From Clostridium sp. (GTDB lineage Bacteria; Bacillota; Clostridia; Clostridiales; Clostridiaceae): a stretch of DNA of 64,000 nucleotides. The translations under genes and the position numbers were made by a program. This document shows positions 1-8,237 of this stretch, piece by piece (positions within the stretch are counted from its first letter, which is position 1; each line of letters starts with the position of its first letter). The stretch is taken from assembly GCF_030532265.1 (NCBI RefSeq), contig NZ_JAUNLM010000002.1, forward strand, positions 69,558-133,557, read 5' to 3'. The notes under the pieces are model-generated. The model saw only the letters and a list, made by a program, of their open reading frames with translations, had not been told where the DNA came from and did no database searches.

Positions 1-543
1 AGCTGGACATTTTAATGGAGCTTCAGCACCTTCAAATATGAAGCCACAATTTCCGCATTTCCATAATGTATCTTTAGATTCTCTCTTAAATACAATACCT
101 TGATCTATATTTGCAGCTAATTTTCTATATCTCATTTCATGAGCGATTTCAGCTTTAGCAATCATTCTAAATGCAGTGGCAATTTCAGGGAACCCTTCTT
201 CATCAGCTATTTTAGCAAATGTAGGATAAAGGTTTGAATTTTCATCATGTTCCCCTTCTGCTGCATATATTAAGTTTGTCTTAGTATCAGTAGGTAATTC
301 TACTGGATAAGCTGCATTTATTTCAATTCCTTCACCTTGGAAGTCATCTTTTAAAAATTTATAGAATCTTTTAGCATGTTCTTTTTCATTTTCAGCAGTT
401 TCCATAAATATATTTGAAATTTGACGATATCCTTCTTTTAATGCAGCACTAGCAAAATAAGTATATCTTGTTCTTGCTTGACATTCTCCTGCAAAAGATT
501 TCATTAAATTTTCAGCTGTTTTAGTACCTTTTAAACTTTTCAT
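1..543 (-). CDS. rbr: Rubrerythrin, C-terminus cut by window edge
   Basis: Own translation of the minus strand from ATG 543-541: MKSLKGTKTAENLMKSFAGECQARTRYTYFASAALKEGY..ENEKEHAKRF..AKAEIAHEMRY..WKCGNCGFIFEG. It shows diiron ExxH motifs followed by the start of the rubredoxin-like CxxC. AGGAGGA RBS at 551-557. Not in the ORF track because it runs off the window. Confidence 0.85.
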   Translation of the reverse strand, partial: MKSLKGTKTAENLMKSFAGECQARTRYTYFASAALKEGYRQISNIFMETAENEKEHAKRFYKFLKDDFQGEGIEINAAYPVELPTDTKTNLIYAAEGEHDENSNLYPTFAKIADEEGFPEIATAFRMIAKAEIAHEMRYRKLAANIDQGIVFKRESKDTLWKCGNCGFIFEGAEAPLKCPA

Positions 544-581
544 CATAAACTCCTCCTAAGATTAAATCAAATATTTATGTC

Positions 582-641
582 GGATAATTATTATTCGTTA
601 ATCATTAATTTTATTATATATCTATCTATATTTATATTCAA
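582..641 (-). promoter_or_regulatory. Putative rbr promoter (TTGAAT-17-TATAAT) plus Fur/PerR-type 7-1-7 box
   Basis: Minus strand: -35 TTGAAT (641-636), 17-nt spacer, -10 TATAAT (618-613). GGATAAT-T-ATTATTC at 582-596 lies between the predicted start site and the RBS and matches the Fur-family consensus TGATAAT-N-ATTATCA at 12/14 positions. Chance matches are likely in AT-rich DNA. Confidence 0.35.
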
Positions 642-742
642 TATTTGGGAGGTTAACAATTAAAGTTTAAATTTAACAAATTAAATATTTAAAAGAAAAT
701 ATATTAACAATTTGTACAGCCTTTTAATTCATTAATATAAAT

Positions 743-1921
743 TTAAATAACTTGGAATACGAAAAATTTTAGGTAATATGATTCATCTGAATTCCAAAGT
801 ATTGGGTGATCTGATGATTGAGTTCTAAATTCTATTTGTCTTAATGTTCTGTGAGCATCATGGGCTGCATCTGCTATGGTAGTTTTAAGAAGTTCTTCAG
901 ACATATAATGAGAACATGAACAAGTTACAAAATAACCGCCTTCTTTAACCATTTTAAGACCTCTAAGATTTATCTCCTTATATCCTCTTTTTGCTCCATT
1001 TATAGTATTTCTTGATTTAGTAAATGCAGGTGGATCAAGTATTACAACATCAAATTTTTTACCTTCTTTTGACCATGAAGGTAATACATCAAAAGCATTA
1101 TGACATTCAAATTTTACTGTATCTTGAAGATTATTAAGCTCTGCATTTTTAGTTGCACAATCAACAGCGTGTTGTGAAACATCTATACCAAGAACTGATT
1201 TAGCACCGGCTATTCCAGCATTAAGGGCAAATGATCCAGTATGAGTAAAGCAGTCTAAAACATCCTTGCCCTTGCAAATTCTATGTATTGCTGCTCTATT
1301 TTCTTTTTGATCTAAAAAGAAACCTGTTTTTTGTCCGTTTTCTAAATCAACAATATATTTAACTCCATTTTCAATAATTTGAACATTTGTATCAAAAGGT
1401 TCTGTTAAAAATCCTTTTGTTTGTTCAAGTCCTTCAATCTCTCTAGTTTTAAGGTCACTTCTTTCATAAACTCCTTTAGCACCATATTCTTCAATTAATA
1501 TTTTAACGATAACGTCTCTATATTTATCCATACCTAAAGTAGAAATTTGAATAACGTAATAATCTTCAAATTTATCTATAGTAAGACCAGGAAGAAAATC
1601 TGCTTCACCAAATATAAATCTACATGAAGAAGTATCAATTACAGTTTTTCTATAATCCCAAGCGGCTTTAAATCTTTTTTTGAAAAAATCTTCGTTTATT
1701 TCTTCATTTAAATCTCTTGTCATTATTCTTATTGCAATTTTACTTGCATCATTTATGTAGCCTTTTCCTATGAAATAATGTTTATGATTATAAACTTCAA
1801 CAATATCTCCATTTTTATATTCTCCATCATATTCTTTTATTTCATCTGTATATATCCAAGGTCTACCTTGCTCAGCTTTTGCCTTTTTGCTTAATTTATG
1901 TAAATAGAATTTACTAGCCAT
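743..1921 (-). CDS. Class I SAM-dependent rRNA (m5C) methyltransferase, RlmI/PUA-domain family
   Basis: 392 aa. N-terminal PUA-like region, SAM-binding VLDCFTHTGSFAL and catalytic DPPAF motif, C-terminal CSCSH. Confidence 0.75.
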   Translation of the reverse strand: MASKFYLHKLSKKAKAEQGRPWIYTDEIKEYDGEYKNGDIVEVYNHKHYFIGKGYINDASKIAIRIMTRDLNEEINEDFFKKRFKAAWDYRKTVIDTSSCRFIFGEADFLPGLTIDKFEDYYVIQISTLGMDKYRDVIVKILIEEYGAKGVYERSDLKTREIEGLEQTKGFLTEPFDTNVQIIENGVKYIVDLENGQKTGFFLDQKENRAAIHRICKGKDVLDCFTHTGSFALNAGIAGAKSVLGIDVSQHAVDCATKNAELNNLQDTVKFECHNAFDVLPSWSKEGKKFDVVILDPPAFTKSRNTINGAKRGYKEINLRGLKMVKEGGYFVTCSCSHYMSEELLKTTIADAAHDAHRTLRQIEFRTQSSDHPILWNSDESYYLKFFVFQVI

Positions 1922-2068
1922 TTATATTAGCTCCCTTCAAAATAATTCTTTAAAGATTATAACATAACTTTTTTATAGATAATGTAATAAAATCACTTGT
2001 TTTTTTCTCATAATGATAATATAGTATAAAAAAGATTTAAAAAAGATTAACTTTTTTGGGAGGACGTC

Positions 2069-3304
2069 ATGAATTTATTTTTAAAAGAAGAAGCAAATAG
2101 ATGTTTGTTATGTAAAAAACCTAGATGTAAAGAATTTTGTCCTATAAGTACGCCTATTCCTGAAATTATAGAACTTTATAGGGAAGAAAGATTTAATGAA
2201 GCTGGAAAGATTTTATTTGAAAACAATCCATTATCAGCTATATGTGCCATAGTTTGCCCTCATGAAGATCAGTGTGCAGGAAATTGTATAAGAGGAATAA
2301 AAAGTGAACCAATTCCTTTCTATGAAATAGAAGAAGAAATATCAAAAAATTATTTAAATAATATAAAATTAGATAAAATTAATGGGACTAAAGATAGAAT
2401 TGCTATAATTGGTGGAGGACCAGCGGGAATAACAATAGCTTTTACTTTAGCTGAAAGGGGTTTTAAAGTTACTATATTTGAAGCTCATGAAAAAATAGGT
2501 GGAGTATTAAGATATGGTATACCAGAATATAGACTACCGAATTCATTAGTTGATAAATATGAAGAAAAATTAGTAGAACTTGGTGTGAAAATAAGACCTA
2601 ATATAATGATAGGACCAGTTATAACTTTAGATAGATTATTTGAAGACGGATATAAAGCTGTATTTATTGGAACTGGTGTATGGAATGCTAAAAAGTTAAA
2701 TATAAAAGGTGAAACTTTAGGAAATGTTCATTATGCAATTGATTATTTAAAAGCACCAGATGTTTATAACTTAGGAGATACAGTTTGTGTTATAGGAGCT
2801 GGAAATGTGGCTATGGATGCTGCAAGAACAGCAAAGAGAAATGGTGCAAAAAATGTGTACATAGTTTATAGAAAGCATTTTGATCAAATGACAGCAACTA
2901 AAAAGGAAATAGAAGAAGCTAAAGAAGATGGAGTAGAGTTTAAATTATTTAGAGCTCCAGTTGAAATATTAGAAGATGGAATTAAATTTGTTAAAACTGA
3001 AAATGTAGAAGTAGATGGAAAAATTCAAACAAGAACTTTAGATGGACAAGAAGAATTCATATCATGTGATTCAACAATAGTTGCTATAAGTCAAGAACCA
3101 AGATCAGTCATAGTTTCAAGTACAACTAAGTTAGAAACTAATAAATGGGGACTTGTAATAACAGATGAAGAAGGACATACAACAAGAAAGGGTGTCTTTG
3201 CTTCAGGGGATGTTGTTACAGGTGCTAAAACAGTAGTTCAAGCAGTTTCACATGCTAAAATAGTTGCAAATGCTATAGAAAAATATTGTGAAGAAAATAA
3301 ATAG
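2069..3304 (+). CDS. Glutamate synthase small-subunit-like FAD/NAD(P)H oxidoreductase (GltD/SudA family)
   Basis: 411 aa. N-terminal Cys clusters CLLCKKPRCKEFCP and CPHEDQCAGNC, two dinucleotide folds GGGPAG and GAGNVAMD, GGGAGG RBS. Physiological substrate not assignable. Confidence 0.7.
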   Translation: MNLFLKEEANRCLLCKKPRCKEFCPISTPIPEIIELYREERFNEAGKILFENNPLSAICAIVCPHEDQCAGNCIRGIKSEPIPFYEIEEEISKNYLNNIKLDKINGTKDRIAIIGGGPAGITIAFTLAERGFKVTIFEAHEKIGGVLRYGIPEYRLPNSLVDKYEEKLVELGVKIRPNIMIGPVITLDRLFEDGYKAVFIGTGVWNAKKLNIKGETLGNVHYAIDYLKAPDVYNLGDTVCVIGAGNVAMDAARTAKRNGAKNVYIVYRKHFDQMTATKKEIEEAKEDGVEFKLFRAPVEILEDGIKFVKTENVEVDGKIQTRTLDGQEEFISCDSTIVAISQEPRSVIVSSTTKLETNKWGLVITDEEGHTTRKGVFASGDVVTGAKTVVQAVSHAKIVANAIEKYCEENK

Positions 3305-3319
3305 TAATTATATAACAAA

Positions 3320-3354
3320 ATAAGCCATAACAAAAAGTTATGGCTTATTTTTAT
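3320..3354. terminator. Bidirectional intrinsic terminator
   Basis: Perfect 12-bp stem ATAAGCCATAAC/GTTATGGCTTAT with a 5-nt loop, A-run before and T-run after. Sits between convergent genes. Confidence 0.8.
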
Positions 3355-3497
3355 TATTTCATTGGGTTTTTGTTAGTTGAAGTCCATTGGTTATTTCCCT
3401 CTGTTTTAGGTTCTCTTTTAGATGCGGGAACACCATTAACTTCTACTGGAGTTGATATCCATTGATTGTTTACGGCACTTTTAGGTTGTTTAGGCAT
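3354..3497 (-). CDS. 47-aa hypothetical protein with duplicated NNQW-x-ST motif
   Basis: ORF-track ORF 3354..3536 re-started at ATG 3497, which lies 7 nt after AAAGGAGGA. Product: MPKQPKSAVNNQWISTPVEVNGVPASKREPKTEGNNQWTSTNKNPMK. No terminator separates it from the upstream BFD-like gene. I recognise no family. Confidence 0.55.
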   Translation of the reverse strand: MPKQPKSAVNNQWISTPVEVNGVPASKREPKTEGNNQWTSTNKNPMK

Positions 3498-3560
3498 AAG
3501 TAATTCCTCCTTTCCTAACACTAATAGTTTTAGCAATAGGAAAGATTTAATTCGAGGAAT

Positions 3561-3788
3561 TTATTTGTATTCGCCTTCATTATATTTGTCTATTAATTCT
3601 TGTATTTTAAATACACACCTAGCACCACCACAACATCCTGTTCCGGCACCAGTTGCTTCTTTAACTTCAGATATAGACTTAGCTCCATTTCTTATTGCAT
3701 CTTTAATTGTTGCTCTATTTATAGCCTTACATACACAAACTTTAGTTAATTTATCCATTATTTCAGGTTTAACATTATTATTTTCCAT
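3561..3788 (-). CDS. BFD-like [2Fe-2S]-binding domain protein
   Basis: 75 aa. VCVCKAI..(helix)..GAGTGCCGGARC is the bacterioferritin-associated-ferredoxin-type Cys pattern. Confidence 0.7.
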   Translation of the reverse strand: MENNNVKPEIMDKLTKVCVCKAINRATIKDAIRNGAKSISEVKEATGAGTGCCGGARCVFKIQELIDKYNEGEYK

Positions 3789-3981
3789 AGCATACTCCTT
3801 TCCATAGTTTATTTATAAGTTAAAATTAAGTTAGTAATTTATTTTTATTTGATTGAATCTATACAATTAAATTTAAACATTAATACAATTAAAAATCAAT
3901 AGTAAATAATAAGAATTATTTATTAGTTTTCGGTTTATAATAAAATAAGAATTACTTAAACTTAAGCAATTCTTATTTTAT

Positions 3982-4275
3982 TTAAATATTTTCAGCTTTA
4001 TATATAGTTTTATATTTTTTATCAATTAATTGAACTATTTGTTCAATTTCATCATTATGCTTTAAATTATCACAACATAAGTATTCTTTTTTAAATTTAA
4101 CACAAGTTCCACAAGATGAACTTAAATCTCTTGGAACAGGCATTATTATCATTTCTAAAAATTCTTTTTCATAAATTTTTTTAAACCTTATTGCTCCAAA
4201 ATGTGAAAAGAATGTAGCTATATATGTATTTGTATTACATTTAGTTTTTTCTAAGTTCAATTTTATACTCTCCAT
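3982..4275 (-). CDS. DUF3343-type putative S/Se carrier protein
   Basis: YIATFFSHFGAIRFKKIYEKE..MPVPRDLSSSCGTC matches the DUF3343 pattern (beta-alpha start plus P-x-P..S..CG). Start is uncertain: ATG 4275, or TTG 4260 preceded by GGAGAG. The ORF-track start at 4317 is unlikely. Overlaps the upstream TusA-like ORF in another frame. Confidence 0.6.
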   Translation of the reverse strand: MESIKLNLEKTKCNTNTYIATFFSHFGAIRFKKIYEKEFLEMIIMPVPRDLSSSCGTCVKFKKEYLCCDNLKHNDEIEQIVQLIDKKYKTIYKAENI

Positions 4276-4444
4276 TATTTTCTTCGTAAAATACTTTATA
4301 ATTTTTAGAATTAGCAAAACGAGTTATATTTTCAAGAGCAGGTTGACAATCAACAAGTATAGTATAATTATCTTCATTTGATTGTAGAGCTTTTTTTAAT
4401 ATAAGAACTGGTTCTGGACATGAGCGTCCTCTTGCATCAATCAT
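4241..4444 (-). CDS. TusA/SirA-family sulfurtransferase-like protein (YedF/YeeD-like)
   Basis: 67 aa from ATG 4444 (AGGAGGG RBS). MIDARGRSCPEPVL carries the CPxP active-site motif. Confidence 0.75.
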   Translation of the reverse strand: MIDARGRSCPEPVLILKKALQSNEDNYTILVDCQPALENITRFANSKNYKVFYEENNGEYKIELRKN

Positions 4445-4454
4445 AATTACCCTC

Positions 4455-5522
4455 CTAAGCTTTTTGTTTTTTTGTATTATAAATTGCAATTATAAGCATT
4501 ATTATAAATCCAATTATTACAGCTAACTTACCATTTAATGTAGGTCCTTTTGCTGAAGATGCTAAAGCAAAATTATGAGCAAAAGCTGCACCTACTATTA
4601 AACCGATTACAGTTATGGCTGAATCTGTATTACCTTCACCTGTTAATATAAGTTGTCTAAGTGGACATCCACCTAAAAGAACAGAACCGAAACCTGTTAA
4701 AACCATCCCTAGCATATTCCAAAGGCCATCGGTATGTGCAACTGGTTGACCTGTAAAACCTGGATTAAAACCACCAACAATTAAGCTCATAACAAAAGCA
4801 GATATCAATATAGAAATAAATCCATATAGCATATTCCATTGACCAAATAGGACTAAATCTCTAATACCACCAACCATACAAAGTCTAGTTCTTTGTGCTA
4901 GAATTCCTACAATAACTCCTGCTGTAAGAGAAATTAAAATAGCGGCATGTTTTGCTCCAGGACCTTTACCAGCAGGTGTAAATAAAATAAATGTTGGAGC
5001 GGCTATAAGAAGTATTAAAAGAACAATTTGAACAATTGGAACTATTGAACCTTCAAGAGGTGTTAATTTATAAGTTCTTTTTAAAGAATATCCTTTGTTT
5101 AAGAAATAAATTCCTAAAAGAATTCCAAGAATAAGACCTATAAGACCAAAGATTGCATTTAAGTCACCACCTGCAATACGAAGAATCATTCTAAAAGGAC
5201 AACCTAAAAACATTAAACAACCAATCATAATAAAAAATCCTAATATAAATCTAGTAATTGGTGAAGAGCCACCTCTTGGTAAAAACTCTTTTTTAGTAAG
5301 TGAAATAATAAAAGCACCTAAAACTAATCCTATAATTTCTGGTCTTATATATTGAACGGCTTCTGCTCTATGCAAGCCAAGGGCCCCAGCGGTATCTCTT
5401 AAAAAACATGCAATACAAAATCCCATATTTGCTGGATTTCCCATTAATACTAGTGATACAGCAATTAATCCTATAATAATTCCTGCTAAAATAATACGTA
5501 ATTTTTCATTTTTTAAATTCAT
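4455..5522 (-). CDS. YedE/YeeE-family membrane protein (thiosulfate/selenium-compound transporter family)
   Basis: 355 aa, polytopic. Conserved Cys loops GFCIACF, GCPFRM, RLCMVGG, GGCPLRQL. AAGGGGGA RBS. Confidence 0.8.
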   Translation of the reverse strand: MNLKNEKLRIILAGIIIGLIAVSLVLMGNPANMGFCIACFLRDTAGALGLHRAEAVQYIRPEIIGLVLGAFIISLTKKEFLPRGGSSPITRFILGFFIMIGCLMFLGCPFRMILRIAGGDLNAIFGLIGLILGILLGIYFLNKGYSLKRTYKLTPLEGSIVPIVQIVLLILLIAAPTFILFTPAGKGPGAKHAAILISLTAGVIVGILAQRTRLCMVGGIRDLVLFGQWNMLYGFISILISAFVMSLIVGGFNPGFTGQPVAHTDGLWNMLGMVLTGFGSVLLGGCPLRQLILTGEGNTDSAITVIGLIVGAAFAHNFALASSAKGPTLNGKLAVIIGFIIMLIIAIYNTKKQKA

Positions 5523-5706
5523 AGTTATATCCCCCTTATAATAGAAATTTTAACATGGTTTTACAAAAATGAATAATTCATTAATTCAATAATTATATTA
5601 CTTTTATTGATTTTATCTATAAATATTTCGACAAAATTAAAATTTTAAATTATAATATTTATAATAATTTACATTAAAGGATATATTATGGAAAAGGGAG
5701 AATTTT

Positions 5707-6876
5707 ATGAGAATTAATGAGAAAAATATAATTTATTTTGATAATGCTAGCACATCATTTCCAAAGCCTAATTCTGTATCTAAAGCGATGTTTGATTTTA
5801 TTAATGAATATGGCATTAATATTAATCGTGGTGGATATAATAAGGCTTATGAAATAGCAGACTTGATTTTTGATACTAGAGAAAATATAGCAAAAATGTT
5901 TAATTTTAATGATTGTAAAAATGTAATTTTTACATCAAATATTACTACAAGTTTAAATTTTATTTTAAAGGGATATTTAAAAAAAGGAGATCATGTATTA
6001 GTTTCTTCAATGGAACATAATGCAGTTATGAGACCTTTAATACAACTATCATCACAAGGAGTTATGTTTGATAGAATTCCTTGTAATGATAAAGGGGAAA
6101 TTCTTTTAGATAAAGTAAAACCTCTTATAAAAAATAATACTAAAGCGATTATAATTACACACGCATCAAATGTATGTGGTACATTACTTCCTATAAAAGA
6201 AATAGGAGAAATATGCAAAGAAAATAATCTTAAGTTTTTTGTTGACTCTGCCCAAACAGCAGGAGTTTTTGATATAGATATGAAAAAAATGAATATAGAT
6301 ATTTTAGCTTTTACAGGACATAAAGGATTGCTAGGACCACAAGGAATTGGTGGATTTATTACAACTGATTTTATGGCTGATAAGCTGACTCCATTAATAA
6401 GTGGTGGGACAGGTAGCGCTTCTCATAGTGAAGATATACCAAACTTTCTTCCTGATAAATTTGAATCAGGAACATTAAATATTCCAGGTATTTTAGGACT
6501 TAATGCTGGAATTAATTATTTAAATAAAATAGGTATAGATAAAATTAGAGATAAAGAACTTAAACTTACAGATAAGTTTATTAAAGAGATTAAGAGTATT
6601 GATAAAGTTAGAATTATAGGAAAAAGTTGCATAAATGGACGAGCTGCTGTTGTTTCTATTCAACCAATTGAAAAAGACCCAGCTCTTATATCACATATTT
6701 TAGATGAAGATTATGGAATAATGACTCGAGTAGGACTTCATTGTGCTCCAAATGCACATAAAACCTTAGGTACATATCCAACTGGAACTATTCGTTTTTC
6801 TTTTAGTCATTTTAATACAGAGGAAGAGATTTATTATGCAATCGATGCTTTAAGGAGGATTGTATATGGAGCTTAA
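5707..6876 (+). CDS. Class-V aminotransferase-fold cysteine desulfurase / selenocysteine lyase-like enzyme
   Basis: 389 aa. PLP-lysine context FTGHKG and active-site loop GLHCAPNAH. AAGGGAG RBS. Confidence 0.8.
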   Translation: MRINEKNIIYFDNASTSFPKPNSVSKAMFDFINEYGININRGGYNKAYEIADLIFDTRENIAKMFNFNDCKNVIFTSNITTSLNFILKGYLKKGDHVLVSSMEHNAVMRPLIQLSSQGVMFDRIPCNDKGEILLDKVKPLIKNNTKAIIITHASNVCGTLLPIKEIGEICKENNLKFFVDSAQTAGVFDIDMKKMNIDILAFTGHKGLLGPQGIGGFITTDFMADKLTPLISGGTGSASHSEDIPNFLPDKFESGTLNIPGILGLNAGINYLNKIGIDKIRDKELKLTDKFIKEIKSIDKVRIIGKSCINGRAAVVSIQPIEKDPALISHILDEDYGIMTRVGLHCAPNAHKTLGTYPTGTIRFSFSHFNTEEEIYYAIDALRRIVYGA

Positions 6877-7765
6877 ACAACTTGAGGCTTTTGTTACTGT
6901 TATTGATTATAATGGTTTTTCAGAGGCTGCAAAACAATTATGTCTTACACAACCAACGATAAGCACGCATATAAAGTCTCTTGAACATGAATTAAATGCG
7001 AAACTTATTAGTAGAACAACAAAAAAGATAACTGTAACTAAAGAAGGTGAAAAGCTTTATGATTATGCTGTTAGTATGATGAAGCTTAGACAAAAAATTT
7101 TAGATGAATTTACTTCTTCCAAAAACAATATTATTAATATAGGTGCATCTACTATACCGTCATCTTATATATTACCTGAGATATTATGTGAATATAGAAA
7201 ATTAGAACCTAATACTTCTTTTAATGTATGGCATTCTCATAGTGAAGGAGTTTTAAAGGAACTTTCAAATGGAAATCTTGATATAGGTTTTGTCGGAACA
7301 AATACAAATGATAAAGAATTTATATATGATCCTTTTTTTAGTGATGAACTTGTTGTTGCAGTTCCTAATAATCAACATTATGAAAAATTTCTTTATAAAA
7401 ATTTTGATATAAAAAATTTACTTAAAGAGCCAGTTATTATGAGAGAAAATGGTTCAGGAACTAGAAGGGAAGCTTATAAATTTATAGAGAGTATTGGGAT
7501 TTCACCAGATTCTTTAAAAATTATAGCTAGTATGAATGATCAAGAAGCTATAAAAAATTCAATAGCAAATGGAATGGGTATTTCAATTGTATCTAGTAAA
7601 GTAATATACGATATGGTTAAAACTAAAAAAATAATATCATTACCTATCGGAGAAAAAGAAACTTATAGATATTTGTACATAACATATAAAAAGAATAAAA
7701 TATTGCCAAAACACATTAAGAAGTTTATAAAATTTATAAAGAAATATTATAATGATACATATTAA
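6866..7765 (+). CDS. LysR-family transcriptional regulator
   Basis: MELKQLEAFVTVIDYNGFSEAAKQLCLTQPTISTHIKSLE is a typical LysR wHTH. Start moved to ATG 6866 (GGAGG 7 nt upstream), which overlaps the desulfurase gene by 11 nt. Confidence 0.85.
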   Translation: MELKQLEAFVTVIDYNGFSEAAKQLCLTQPTISTHIKSLEHELNAKLISRTTKKITVTKEGEKLYDYAVSMMKLRQKILDEFTSSKNNIINIGASTIPSSYILPEILCEYRKLEPNTSFNVWHSHSEGVLKELSNGNLDIGFVGTNTNDKEFIYDPFFSDELVVAVPNNQHYEKFLYKNFDIKNLLKEPVIMRENGSGTRREAYKFIESIGISPDSLKIIASMNDQEAIKNSIANGMGISIVSSKVIYDMVKTKKIISLPIGEKETYRYLYITYKKNKILPKHIKKFIKFIKKYYNDTY

Positions 7766-7825
7766 ATTAATATATAAAGAATAAATCATTAATAATATAT
7801 TTCAAATATATAGAAATTTACATAA

Positions 7826-7854
7826 TTGACTTTTTAATATGCATAATATATAAT
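7826..7854 (+). promoter_or_regulatory. Sigma-A-type promoter of the ileS leader
   Basis: TTGACT (7826-7831), 17 nt, TATAAT (7849-7854). Confidence 0.55.
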
Positions 7855-7859
7855 GTCTT

Positions 7860-8183
7860 TAATAAAGACAGTGATTAGGAAAAGTAGTTAATTTTTTTAC
7901 TTAAAGAGAGTAGTTGGTTGGTGTAAAGCTATAGTAAAAATTAATGAAAATCACCTAGGAGTTGGTGGCCGAACAGTAAATATTACTTATTAAGTTAACA
8001 CGTAATTCTGCGTTAAAGAATAGAGTATGTTAGTACTTGAATAGTTGATTTCAATTAAAATAGTAAGAGAGAAAACTTATTATTATATTATTGATACTTT
8101 ATCAATATAATTGATTTTGTAATACCATGGGTGGTATAGCGAGTAATTTACTTCGTCCTATAGTAAGGATGAGGTTTTTTTTA
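7860..8183 (+). promoter_or_regulatory. T-box leader (Ile specifier)
   Basis: Stem I elements AGAGAG and GGTGTAA. Specifier context GAAA-ATC-A, with ATC at 7950-7952. T-box core CATGGGTGGTATAGCG (8127-8142). Terminator stem 8151-8174 followed by T8. Confidence 0.85.
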
Positions 8184-8237
8184 TTTATATATAGAAATAT
8201 TTTAACAAAAAAAGCAATTAGAGAAAGGAGTTTTGAC

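Noticed and set aside
4241-4317. The overlapping TusA-like and DUF3343 ORFs could be a frameshifted or programmed-frameshift single two-domain protein.
   Set aside because: Each ORF encodes a complete small domain of normal stand-alone size. I saw no slippery heptamer in the overlap. A GGAGAG-TTG or ATG restart is available. The unusual overlap is kept only as a note in the cluster finding.
8127-8237. The ORF-track N-terminal extension of ileS ([22 protein letters not shown]...) looked like a possible leader peptide or longer isoform.
   Set aside because: The ATG at 8127 lies inside the conserved T-box sequence (CCATGGGTGGTA), and the extension runs through the terminator hairpin and T-run. 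The real start is ATG 8238, which has an AAAGGAG RBS.
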